A stretch of DNA of 58,635 nucleotides, counting the filler, from Sphacelaria rigidula (Eukaryota): the NCBI GenBank assembly GCA_964200075.2. It is 5 parts of 5 records of this genome, joined end to end, with 100 filler letters (N's around TTAATTAATTAA, not from the genome) between each part and the next. Parts side by side here need not be neighbours in the genome. Positions count along the whole stretch, not along the records: positions 11,749 to 23,396 come from CAXNAA020004666.1; positions 23,497 to 35,144 come from CAXNAA020004667.1; 3 more parts are not named here. One strand, given 5' to 3'. Both the position numbers and the translations under genes were made by a program. The notes beneath the pieces were generated by a model. The model was given only the letters and a program-made list of their open reading frames with translations. It searched no databases and had not been told where the DNA came from. This document shows positions 12,666-23,992 of this stretch, piece by piece; positions within the stretch are counted from its first letter, which is position 1; each line of letters opens with the position of its first letter.

Positions 12666-12951
12666 AAAGTCGATCGATCCTCTGCGAAGCGCGCTAGTTC
12701 TTGCCTACTTCTCCCTACTTGTGCTGCTTATACCAGTAGGCCGCTGCTGGATGAAGGCTACTCCTTGCTGGTGAGAGTATCTGTACTCGTGTGTGCGGCA
12801 ACCTAGCTGCGATGGCCAACTTTCCGACTGGCAGCGGCGCTGCAGCTAAGAAACAAGGACAGGCAACGTACCGCGTTTCTGTACGTACGTCCCATATTGT
12901 CAGAATTCGTACACGCCTCCGCAAACACCGCTTTAATACTGAACGCTACAT
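12666..12951 (-). repeat. split direct repeat A2
   Basis: 286-nt direct copy of 19540-19825, 3 substitutions counted. Confidence 0.95.
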
Positions 12952-13201
12952 TTTGCTTCGGCTCAAGAATTCTGGTATTACGTGTTGTCCCGTTTCTACG
13001 TACGGCAGTGTCCCACTAGAATTACCACAGATTAAAATACCTACAACCAAAACAAATCGAACTCAATGCGGTATGCACTCGGTGCATTTTTTGTCCCCAT
13101 CAACTCATCAGCCACTACATACTGTTAATCAGGCTTACCCGACGATCGACGCTGACGATTATGTTATTACTATCCCCTGCGGAGCTATCCACCTCTCCCC
13201 C
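12949..13201 (-). repeat. split direct repeat B1
   Basis: Abuts A2 through the shared CAT; copy of B2. Confidence 0.9.
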
Positions 13202-13272
13202 AATAGGCGAGCCTGATTGACAGTCGGGTATCTTGTTAGGCCCTAACCTTGAATATCTGGCTACCCTACTCG

Positions 13273-14400
13273 CTATTCCCTTAGCGCGACGGAGACGCCC
13301 TCTGCGCCCTCCCCCGCCTCCCTGGCATAAACCACAAACGCCCTCGACTTCCACCGTCTTGCTCGTTGAATCTGTAGTTCGGAGTTTCCTCGAGCCGCTA
13401 GTTGCGTGGCCCCACCAATCCTGCCTGGGTGTAAAGCGTATTCGGACGGATCTCTGCCCGCACGGCTGACCATGGTTCTTAACGCGGTTACTGCTTCAAT
13501 CCGAGATGCCTTCCATCCCCTCGGCGTGGCTCTCGTGATGAGCGGTGCATGGCCTGGCAGTTGTGGGTGCACGTCCAACAGGTCCAACAGCGGCTCGAAC
13601 GCGCCCGGCGGTACTCCGCCCGATCGCACCGAATCAACGATCCTCGTTCTCGTAATGATGCAACCTGTGTCCTTTTTTGGTCGGATTTGGAGGCATCGAA
13701 GTGAATCTTCACTTGGTTTGCAAATACGCGGTTCGCGAAGTCTAACTGTACGTCTTCCCGGAAAAAAACTGATGCAATTGCTGGTGAAGCAGAATTCTGG
13801 ATGGACGGTAGCGTTGGGGTACGCCCACAACTCGGATGCCCTGCACAGCAAAAAATACGAGACCGCGAGATCAAGCCATATGACATGACCCTCATCCGGG
13901 TCCTCGGTTATTGTCTGTCGCCGTTGTTTTAGCAGTGCCCAAGTCAACGGCCGCCTGATGTGCGATTTTCCTTGAGTCGAGGCATGAGCTCTATCAATCC
14001 CTTTTCCTACAGCCCGAATCCTGCCGTGCGTTGTAGGTAAGTCCCATCCGACATACACTTCGTGAAAATACTTGATAGCGGCGAGGTGAACTCTTATGGT
14101 GGATTGTTGGTTGTTGTTGTGTACAAAACGTCGCATAGCCATGAACTCGGTCAGTGCATTGATCACGTCGTCCGGTTCGTCGTTTACAGTCATTCAAGGT
14201 GATTTTCCCTGTGCATAGCGCATCTTTTCCCACGCTTCAAAACGCGCTTTATATGTCCTGTAGGTGCTATCCCCAACGCCCCCCAGCACCAGCGCCTGAA
14301 CTAAACGCGCTACTCCCTCCCTGCTGTGCCCCCCAGTTTCTCCTGTTCCCGCGTTCACGGGGGGGGGAAAGGGGTGGGGGGTGAAGTTGGAGGGTGGCAT
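13273..14400 (-). pseudogene. tyrosine recombinase of the Ngaro element (stop and frameshifts)
   Basis: N-terminal STYRTY...TIRVHLAAIKYFH; catalytic LCRASEL (R), SKSDQ (K, shifted frame), HPGRIGGAT (HxxR), RRWKSRAFVVY (W...Y). Confidence 0.92.
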
Positions 14401-14612
14401 GATGTCTTATCCAGTGGCCCCATGATCGCCTCTGTCGTATGCGGGGTGGCTTTAATTTTTTGCATGTACTGTTGGTGACTGAGTACACCTATAAATCGAT
14501 ATATGTATATATATACATACATACCTGGGTTGCGGTTGTTTTCCGATGATGGTACTTTTTTTTCGTTGTTCGATTATTACACCGTCACCTAACTGGGTTC
14601 CATCATGCGCGA

Positions 14613-16400
14613 TCACAGCGTTTTGTCGTGTCGGACGGTGATATTTTTGGTTTTTAGGGTGGTGTGGAAGATGCTATCTCGCCGTGAACCGATGGCTTGT
14701 TCTGACCAGTTACTGTCGTTGGTGTGCTCTCTTACTCGTCTGTCTAACTCCGCCCGCGGCCAGCGTGAAATTCCATCTGCGAGTACGTTTTGGGTCCCTT
14801 GAATGTGTTTTGCCTCGTGGCTCCACCCCCCCGTGATTTCCAGCCTCCCGAGGGTTCTCATGAGTAACCCTGCGCGTTTATCTTGTGCGCCCCCGCACCG
14901 GTTGACCCACGTGACTGCCGCTACGTTGTCTCCGCACATTAATATCGGGTCACCCTGATTTTCGGGTTTGTCGTTTACCAATTCGAGCATGATCCAAGCG
15001 GTGACTACCATCCCCAGGAGTTCCAAGAGTTTGATGGTGATCGTGCATGTTTGGCAAAGTTGAGCTTTTCTTTTGAGTTCTGCGGTAAGTTCCGGTGGTA
15101 AGTCGTATCTACAGTATTTTTTTTTTCTGGGCAGTAACCCCCTGCGGCTTCGAAGCTTGCGTCCGAGAGGTAGTGTCGGTGGGCAGGTCGCTTTACTATG
15201 AGGTGGCAGGGTGCACTCAGAGACTCACCATGCTGAAGGAGTTTGGCCTCGATGGCCCACTTCCAAAAATTCAGGTCGGCGTGAAATTCTTTTCCTACCT
15301 CTACTATGCGGCTCTGGTCGTCTCTCGCACTAGAATCGTGGAGCCCCGCATGTCGCAGCGTCCTCCATGCGAAATACTTTCCTGGTCGCATTGCGTAGGT
15401 GAGGTTTCATAGCTTCCCTGCCAGGCTCAATATTTCTCTAGCAGTCGCTGAACGTCGAGTGGGGGGTCCCTCGGTTAGTAACGTCTGTCGGAGCGCCTCA
15501 ACCTTCTCGCGGGATACTGAAACCCGCATAGTGTGCGAGTTAATGGTTAGGCCCAACGCCTCTTTCTCTGTATCCCAATCGGTACACTTCCCAGGGGCTA
15601 GAATCGGTGTCTCGCCTTCTTCTCCGGTGCCGAGGAGTCTGAAATGATCGGAGGCGAGGGACGCGGACGCGATCAAAGCGCTCGTGTCGTCATCGGAGTG
15701 CTGTACGCGAATCTGCAGATAGTCATCTGCGTACACTGACGTGAAGAAATTATCATGTAAGCCTCCTGCTGGGCGTGGGATGGTCGTAGAATCTTTTGGA
15801 ATTGGTGTGGGGTCCCCGGTTTCCCACCTATCGACTATCTTTACGTGAGCTGTCATCTCCTTGCTTTCTGGTAATAAAACCGCGTTTTCAATGTTCGTGT
15901 TGAAGTGGGCGTGTTCTGCCGCCGATACCAACACTCACCAGAAACCTGGCGAGCATGGCCAGCCGAACGTGAGCCGGAAGTCACACACGACCAGGTTGTC
16001 CACAACGTAGCCGAATTGATGGGCGTAGTCTGGATCTATCCTCGCACCACGGAACGCATCCGATACATCGGCCTTTGCCATTAGTATGCATTTTTTGGGG
16101 TATTTTTCTCGCAACGAAATGAGCTCTTTAAGGAACGTCTGCAGTGCTTCTTCGCATAAACAGGCCGGCACGTCTTCAGGGTTTGTGTCACCGTTCAGCC
16201 CTCCTTTTCTTTTCCGAGTGCCTTGCGTGTCGAAAGACAAATCGTTGATTATGCGGACTTTGTGTGTGGTTGCTGCTCTCAGGGGGGACAACCGCAGGTT
16301 CGGGATTTTTCGGGCGGCCGACTTTCCGACTATCAGACACTTTCCCCTACGTACGTCATCTCCCAGTTTTCCCCAAAATTTTGGTAGTTGATCGTGGGCA
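14613..16400 (-). pseudogene. DIRS-type reverse transcriptase and RNase H (in-frame stops, frameshifts)
   Basis: KVRIINDLS, KADVSDAF, LTFGWPCSP, YADD; RNase H LSDAS, ELLG, GDNVAA, HIQGTQNVLADGISR. Confidence 0.93.
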
Positions 16401-16629
16401 CTACTGTGGTTGCCATACTGTAGTGCGCAGTCGAGGTTTCTTTTGTGGGGGGTGCAGTGACTGTCGCACCGACGGGGACACCTGTGGCTACGATAGTAAC
16501 GAGCTCGTCTGTTTGCGGGAAACCCTTGTTCTCCCCAACTTCCTGATCTCGTGCGGGTCTACCGGCGGCGTGACTAGCGGTCCCCCGATAGACCTCGCGA
16601 CATCCCCAATGCGTCCACCGTGTTTTTTT

Positions 16630-17931
16630 TTAGATGCGCGTGCAGATATTTGCGAGTCTGTACAATATGTCTTCCTTTTTCTTGGCTACCCTACCTGCTT
16701 TTTCCAACTCTCCTTTTTCTGAGTACCACAGCGCTATTAGTTCAGCGTCAGACTGTCCCGACTCATCTCCACCGTTAAGAGGCGGCACCGTCGCCGACCC
16801 GCTAGACTGAAAACCAACACATGATACACCTGTCTTCTGTCCTACACAGGACGCGGAACTACTGGCTCCTTGATCCGTTGAGGAATTAATAGCGGGGCAG
16901 CTGGCCCCTGGTTCGCCGGAAGGGTAGCTGGCCCTGTGTTCACTAAGGTGGCAACTGATACTACGATCACTGGTAGAATATCTGTCCTCGTGTTCACTGG
17001 AGGGGTAACTGGCCCCATGTTCAGTGAAGGGGTAACTAGCCACATAGTCAGACATGGGGTAACTGGTCCCATGGTCACTACTAGGGTAACTGGCCCCACG
17101 GTCAATGAAGGGGTACCTGGCCCCACGGTCACTACTGGGGTAACTAACCCCACGGTCACTACTGGGGTAACTGGCCCCACTGTCGCTGCTGGGGTAACTG
17201 GCCCCATGATCACTTAAGGGGTAACTGGCCCTATGATCGTTCAAGGGGTAACTGGCCCCACGGTCACTGACGGGGTGACTGGCCCCACTGTCACTGAAGG
17301 GGTAACTGGCCCCATGATGACTTAAGGGATAACTGGCCCCATCATCGCTCAAGGGGTAACTGGCCCCACTGTCACTGAAGGAGTAACTGGTCCCATGATC
17401 ACTTCAGGGGTAACTGGCCCCGTGATCGCTCAAGGGGTAGCTGACCCCACGGTCACTGAAGGGGGAACTGGCCCCATGGTCACTAAAGGGGGAACTGGCC
17501 CCACGGTCACTGAAGGGGGAACTGGCCTCACGTTCATGAATGGCGTAACTGATCCCTGCTGCATGAAAAACTGGCGTGGCTTGTTCTAATGTGCGAGGGG
17601 TTACTGTTGTCGGCAGTGCTACACCGACCGCCTGTGAAAGCGAAACTGAGTGGGGTTCTGTTAGCTGGTGGGTTACGCGATCGTGCCCTGAGTTAACTGA
17701 CGTGACAAGCTGCCGAAGGTACACTGATACCCCGTTCCCTTCGTAACCCTGATTCCCCATGTGTTCACAACCCCGGTCGCGAGGCACAGCTACCTCTGTT
17801 TGCTCTCTACATCTCTCACCATGAAACACGGTCGCTGGGACCAACGCAGGTGAAGGTACCCCGATAAGCCCCACGGACTTAGAGGCGTCCGCAAACATCG
17901 TGTTCACGTCGCTACCCGCTTCTCCTATCAA
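16630..17931 (-). pseudogene. ORF upstream of RT containing a 9-aa repeat (SDHGASYP(F/L/S)); one in-frame stop at ~17404
   Basis: ORFs 17404-17931 and 16630-17352 are in the same frame, separated by one TGA where other units read TTA/TTC. Confidence 0.6.
16897..17555. repeat. 27-bp minisatellite (GGGGTAACTGGCCCCAYGRTCACTNNN), about 24 units
   Basis: Directly visible tandem array. Confidence 0.95.
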
Positions 17932-17964
17932 TGTCGGCCCTGCCGGTGGGCAGAGCCCGCGCCC

Positions 17965-19533
17965 TCATCCGCCCCCGTTTCCTCTCCCGCCGGCGGCGCT
18001 ACCCCCCCTTCCCCCGCCGCGCCCTCCGTAGCTGTGTGAATACCGTGCTACCGGGGCCGGGGCGGGCGCCGATTGCTGGTGTTGGTGAGCAGGCAGTTTT
18101 TGGACCCGAGTTGGTGCCTGCTGTGCCGGGGTTGCCGGAGGCTGCGGGGGCGGGGGCGGTGGTGGTGTCTGGGCCGGCGCTGTCGGCGTCGGCGTAGCCT
18201 GCGCCTGCCCGGATGCCAGTGGGGACACGATATCGTGAGAGAACCTGCAGTTGTTGCGCGTGCACGGTCGGTTCTGCCAGTGTTAAACGCAAACATCCTT
18301 CGGAGTCTGCCACTGGACCTTTCTCTGCACGAAGGTCGGCGGGGTTCCCGCCGGCGTGGTGTTGCTCGAAGAGGGGGGCGCTGGGGGGCCTGCCTGCGAC
18401 GTCGCTTTCCGTTTCTTGTTGGGCTATACCTCGCCGACCGGCCAGAACGCGGACTTCTCGACGAGGTAGTTGGGCCCGTCCCCGGTGACGAGGGCTTTCA
18501 GTTTTGTAAAAGCCGGCGCCGCTATCGGCTCCCCCGTCATCGACGGCGGAACTACGGCCGGGTACGTCCTCCGGAGTTGTTGTGCCTGAAGTGCCACCCG
18601 GAAGAAGAACTCCTCTATGCCGGTGTCCATGGCTGTTAGAAGCTTGTCGCGGACCGTCGTTCTATGTGGGTACAGTGATGTGTAATGGTAATCTGTATAC
18701 TCCCTTACTTGCTTAGCTACTGATTCAAACTCCGACTGAAGGGCGCGCGTGCGTGTCTTGCATAACTCGGGAGCGTGCTCCATGGGGGTGAGCAAAACCG
18801 TGAACAGGTACGCGACAAACGTGTGAAAACGCACATCAGCCAGCATGTCCATGGGGGTCGAGCCTGGTGGCACCGGGTTTTTAAAGCCCATTGTCTTGAA
18901 GTTGGCCAGGGTTTGCAGCGGGTTGGCGGACGCGTGCGTAACGTGAGCCACCTTCTTGAGCGTGAGTTGTTGTAGGTGGAAAGTGAGATATTCACTCACG
19001 TCAAAGCCTCCCCTCAGGAGGAAAAACATAGGCCCAGTGGTGGCCCGCCACGAGTCGACGGCACGTTTGGCATTTGCTTTTATACCCGCCTGTTCAGCTG
19101 CGGTCCGTTGTGCCGCCGCTTGCGCGCCAGCCGCTGAAACCTGCGGTTGTGGTGGTTGTTGCCACCCGTTCCCCATCTGTAGCGGTGGTTGCTGTGGGGA
19201 TGCCTGCGGGAGTTGTAGCGGCTGCGGCTGCTGGTTATTCTCGACAGCCTACAGGCGATTGGTCAACTGGGCCAATGCGGCCAGCATGTGCTGCTGGAAC
19301 ACCTGCTGCGACATGACGGGTGCTTGTAGTACGCCCTGAGGTTGTTCGACTGCCGCTGCTGCTGCCCGTGTGGGTTGGTATGCCCTGCCATCCCTTCGCC
19401 GCCTTGGTGTGCTTGGCTCCCGCCGCCGTCTATGGGAGGTCCACCGGCCCCCACCCCAGCCATGCCGTCTCCCGTGTGGTGCCAGATTTTCATCTCCACC
19501 TGCTTGAGCCGCGCCCCCGCCAATGCCAGACAT
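17965..19533 (-). pseudogene. gag-like ORF1 of the Ngaro element (frameshifted)
   Basis: ATG 7 nt after A1; Q/P-rich N-terminus, globular core (18424-19176), P/Q- and RGG-rich C-terminus; position typical of ORF1. Confidence 0.7.
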
Positions 19534-19539
19534 TATGTA

Positions 19540-19825
19540 AAAGTCGATCGATCCTCTGCGAAGCGCGCTAGTTCTTGCCTACTTCTCCCTACTTGTGCTG
19601 CTTATACCAGTAGGCCGCTGCTGGATGAAGGCTACTCCTTGCTGGTGACAGTATCTGTACTCGTGTGTGCGGCAACCTAGCTGCGATGGCCAACTTTCCG
19701 ACTGGCAGCGGCGCTGCAGCTAAGAAACAAGGACAGGCAACGTACCACGTTTCTGTACGTACGTCCCATATTGCCAGAATTCGTACACGCCTCCGCAAAC
19801 ACCGCTTTAATACTGAACGCTACAT
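19540..19825 (-). repeat. split direct repeat A1 (5' terminal)
   Basis: Copy of 12666-12951. Confidence 0.95.
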
Positions 19826-21034
19826 ATACGGCGTTTCACAAGCAGGGAGACAATGGTCCCTCCTTCTGAACAAAACATTGATGACGGATGCGGGGATGTC
19901 ACGAAGTAAGGCTGACTCGTCTGTGTACAAAACAGGAAGGAAGGGGGAGTGTGTGTGTCATAGACTAATGCCGAGATAGCCCCCCCACAAAAAGTGCACC
20001 GGAGACCGGCCGACAAACCGGCTGCGATCCCATTACTGGGCTCGTTTGCAGCAATTTCGCCCACGCGGGAGCCGTGTAGCAGTTCGAAATCAGCTATAGT
20101 GCCCACATGAGTCGCGTCGTGCAGTACCAAACCAGCTCTAACAGAATTTGCGATCATCGCCTTCGTGCACGTTTTTGGCCGGTTCGGGGGGGGGGCTATC
20201 TCGGCAGCAGTCCATACTCGTTGTACATGTAGACGACCCTAATTGGGGGTGAAACAAAAAGAGTGCAGATAGTCTGCGATATCCCAAACAAGAGATTTCC
20301 GACGAATAACCTTGGTGAGGTTCAATGGTATATGGGGTGTACCATAGAGAGGGATTGGAAGACAGGTACTATGTACATGAATCAGACGACCTTTATCGAC
20401 ACCATGCTGAAGCGTTTTGAAGTTACGGGTTTTTCTGACATTCCTGCCTCAGTATCAGCGGACTTAGGACCGGTGAAGCAAGGAGACAAGGTGGTGGATA
20501 GACCATACCGGAGTACCGTAGGAGGGTTGATGTGATTGGCTGGGGTAACCAAAGCCGACATAGCAAATGCAGCCCGGAACCTGGCTCGTCAATCACATGG
20601 CTCATGTGAAAGACACTGGCGAGGGGTGTTGAACGTTTTAGCGTACCTCAACATAACCAGAAATTACGGTCTGACTTTCAGTTCAAGGAAAAGTATACCC
20701 TCAGTCTATTGTGATTCTGATTATGCAAAGAAAGAGACAGACAGGCGACCAGTTTCCGGGGTAGCCGTCATGTACGGGGGGATATCAGTATCGAGAATTA
20801 ATTGAACGCAACACTGCTTTACCCTGTCAACTACCGAGCCGAGTATGTAGCTATGGCAGAAAGGGCGAAGGAATGTATGCTTGTCAGGTAAGTACTGTGT
20901 TTCCTACGACCAAGGGTTGTGTCAGGACGACAAGTGGAGTATGACATTGCTCTCTGTGAGGACAACTAGGGGGCCTAGGCCCTAGCCGACAATCCTCTCA
21001 GCTCAAGTCGTAGTAAGCATATCGACGTGAGGTG
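19826..21034 (+). pseudogene. Ty1/copia pol continued: RT C-part and RNase H (interrupted by a MITE)
   Basis: IYGVSQAGRQW, ILVVHVDD, YRSTVGGLM, VYCDSDYAKKETDRRPVSG, LSTTE, SKHIDVR. Confidence 0.93.
19963..20212. mobile_element. 250-bp MITE, TIR GACT..TGCCGAGATAGCCCCCCC, 4-bp TSD CATA
   Basis: TIRs and CATA duplication visible; excision restores copia VCVILVVHVDD. Confidence 0.9.
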
Positions 21035-21283
21035 TGTGGCGAAATCACGCCGTCACGTTGAGTAAATAGTGATGATTGAATGATGAGTTGGGATCTGTAG
21101 TGATGATATGGATGATGATATGGACACAGGGGTGACACCCTGGTGTGATTTATGGAGCCGCCTGGATGGCACTCCTGAATGATGAGAATGTTGTAAAGGC
21201 TGACGACTGGAACTGAGGCCAGTAATACTAGGGGGTGCCTCAACAGTAGTGATCCAACAGTGCCTCCACTGGCTGGCGTCACA
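21035..21283 (+). repeat. 5' LTR of gypsy element 1 (TGTGGCG...CGTCACA)
   Basis: Begins where copia KHIDVR breaks off; TG...CA with short terminal IR; shares motifs and length with 55536-55781. Confidence 0.7.
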
Positions 21284-21595
21284 ATATCGATATTAGTGCT
21301 AGCGCTGGTGCTGGTGTTAGTGCTAGAAATCTGCTGAAAGGACTTCGGCGGAAGGAGTTTCGTAGCTGTGGAAACCTGATAACCCACGGACGCGTGGAGA
21401 GGGTTCCAGCTGAGGCAGCTACAGAAAGGCAGCTGGACTGTGATTGATCCAGCCTGGAGACTTGCTGAAGCTGCGTGCAGCGAGAGTCTGGAGGCTCCTA
21501 CGACTGTGTGGTGCGGCGACGAAGCAAGGAAAGTGCAAGTCGCGAAGATCCGCTGGCCTGCAGAGGTTCGGAGGTAGCCGATTACAGCTACAGCT

Positions 21596-23396
21596 TTGGC
21601 TTCCGCCTCACGAGGTACGTCCACCGTGACACCAGTGGTCATGCGGGAAGAATTGCGACCTCTCCAATACGGGGACAGGTACTCAGAGAGTGCATCTCGC
21701 GCTTTTTATACAAAATACTTAGAGTACAAGAGGCGTGTGGAGCACGCTAATGCAGGGGGTGCCGTGCGACATCAGATGGTGACTATGGCACAACAAGTGC
21801 CCACTCATGTACAGAGAGTGTTCGCTCGTTTGGAACATAATGAGGGCACTCTCACCTCGCCGCAATTGGTTGCGGCGATCAAAAAGCATGCAGGTCATAC
21901 GGCGGGCGCCGAGGTAGACCTGACCCAAGCGTCCGCGGCCGTGGCGAAAGCTGTCGCAATGGGTTCTCGGGAGAAAGCGATGTTGGAGCGTGTGGAGCCC
22001 ATCTTGGCTAATTTTGAGAAGTACTTCACAAACAATCCGAAGGTAGAACTAGTATATCGTTTCCCCGATGGTGAGTTCATTTCTGGCCCGGCAGCAGTAA
22101 TCACTAAGGCGTTGGTGGAGGGTTTGGCACCGGAAATTTTCAAGCAAGCCGTGCTTGTCAAGCTGAAGCACCAAACAGATTGGAAGGACGACACGTACCT
22201 GGTGATGAGCACCGTCGTGGCCGCGGCCAAGGAGTGGCGGAAAATAGAGGTGTTCGGCCAGTCGTCCACCTCTTCGCCGAAATCTTTGCGCAACCATGGC
22301 TCGAAATCGGCTGGTCGCGCCGCGATTATTACTTGCCACCGCTGTGGCCAGGTCGGCTATTACGCGCGCGATTGCCCAACGTCTTCCGGTGGAGAGTCTG
22401 GGCAGTCTAGTGCCGCGCGTCATCAGCATCGTCAGCACAAGGGCAAAAGACGAGGTAATCGTGGTGGCGGCGGCAGATCCTCCGGCGGTGGAGGGTCGTA
22501 GGCGAGCCCTCAGCAGCAGCAGCAGCAGCATGGGCCTGGCTCTGGATCTGGCGCCGCCGTAGGTGCTGTTGCTTCACAGTGGGCGGCGCAGGTAGACCCG
22601 ACTTCTACAGGGTCGAACACTACTCCGGCGCCGGTGGTGGCGCCGGCGGCGACACCGGCGGCCGCGCCAGGCGCGACGCCTGTTGACGCGCTGGTCGGAG
22701 GGTCGCCAAATTCTTGGTTTGCTGGCTGGGGGGTGTACCCACCGGCGGTGCCGTTTCAACCTGCCGGGGCGTCTTCGCCTGCGCAGCTTGCGCAAGTGGC
22801 GTCAAGTGGGATTAGCGGCGCATAGGTCAGCGGAAGAAGTTCCCGCGGAGCTTGCCGACAGATACATTCCGGCGGAGTTTTGTCTTCCGAATCAACGGAA
22901 GCGTGGAGCCATTGTGGTTTGGTCTGTGTTGGATTCCGGCGCCCGTTTCACTAGTCTTCCGGTGCAAATGGTTGAGATGCTGGAGCGACAACTACCGGGT
23001 GTGTCGCTGCGCATTCCGTTTTCGGTCGGGGCGCGAGAGGCAGTGACCGCGTCAGGTCAGCTTGTTTCAATCACGGAGCGTACAGTTCTGTTGCAGCTAG
23101 CCTTCAAGACTGCTTGGGGGCTGGTGCCGTTGCCTCCGATCTCGTTTGCGATTATGCCAGGGTCGGATGGCGTTGTTCTTCTGGGGTCGCCGACGCTACA
23201 GGATCTAGGAGTCGACCCGTACGCGCAGTCGTGGGACTCCATCAAGACGCAGCTTTCTCCGCCTGGTCCGCACGTGGAGACGACCGCCTTTTTGGGCAGT
23301 CGTCGCGTGAGCTTGTCGGTGGATGCTTGTCAAGAGACTGGGAGGCAGGTGATCGAGGAGCGGGATGCGGCGGTGGAACGCTTGGTAAAGCGCGGC
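21596..23396 (+). mobile_element. Ty3/gypsy element 1: gag (zinc knuckle CHRCGQVGYYARDC) and aspartic protease (LDSGA), cut by contig end
   Basis: Motifs; collinear homology to the element at 55979-58635, whose protease is followed by RT (gypsy order). Confidence 0.85.
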
Positions 23397-23496
23397 NNNN
23401 NNNNNNNNNNNNNNNNNNNNNNNNNNNNNNNNNNNNNNNNTTAATTAATTAANNNNNNNNNNNNNNNNNNNNNNNNNNNNNNNNNNNNNNNNNNNN
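23397..23496. other. artificial contig linker
   Basis: N44-TTAATTAATTAA-N44. Confidence 0.97.
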
Positions 23497-23683
23497 ATTG
23501 CACTATCTCATCAAGCTTTCGAAAATGAAAAACGTCGCAGGGTGAAGTAGAGCTGAAGGGTTTTGTGAAATGTACTGTTTTAAGAGTTGGTCTAATTGAC
23601 CCGCTTGCACGGGAGCGTTCACACGTAATCTTAGTTGGACACATACTGTGCCATCTACCAAACTGCACTGCACTGTTGTATTG

Positions 23684-23992
23684 CGTCTCGCCCGTAGTCG
23701 GGCCCTTTGTTCATTTCTACTTGGCGTCGCGCGTCGAGTTGGAAAGCCGGGTGCCACCCCCTGAAGTCCGAATGGCCACCTGCGGCACCGGATCTTCTAA
23801 GGTTAGCCATATGTACATATTTTCCTCTTTATTATTTATTCCTGTTTTGCTTGTATCGCGTTTTGTGAGTTTTAGTCCGGGCCTACTTTTATTTTTTTAT
23901 TTTTTGCTAGCCTGTGACCACGGAAGGCGTCCGCATCAGATGCCCAGTACGAATGTACCGCGCAGATATGCGAACGATTTTTAATGTGAAGA
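23684..23992 (+). repeat. dispersed ~300-bp repeat (probable retroposon 3' part); second copy 50505-50800, short reverse copy ~55090-55128
   Basis: GTCTCGCCCGTAGTCG...GCGCGTCGAGTTGGAAAGCCGGGTG...GCCTGTGACCACGGAAGGCGTCCGCATCAGATGCCCAG shared; followed by CAA-type microsatellite. Confidence 0.8.

Larger units (their letters stand above)
12322..19825 (-). mobile_element. full-length but decayed Ngaro-type (DIRS order) tyrosine-recombinase retrotransposon
   Basis: Order on minus strand: A1, gag-like ORF, RT, RNase H, YR, B1, A2, B2; both ends share CAT with the copia target. Confidence 0.93.

Noticed and set aside
12029-12697. Intact 222-aa RT ORF
   Set aside because: Chimeric read-through from copia RT into the B2 repeat of the inserted element.
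16897-17555. CRISPR-like array
   Set aside because: Units are contiguous 27-mers with no unique spacers; eukaryotic TE context and no cas genes.
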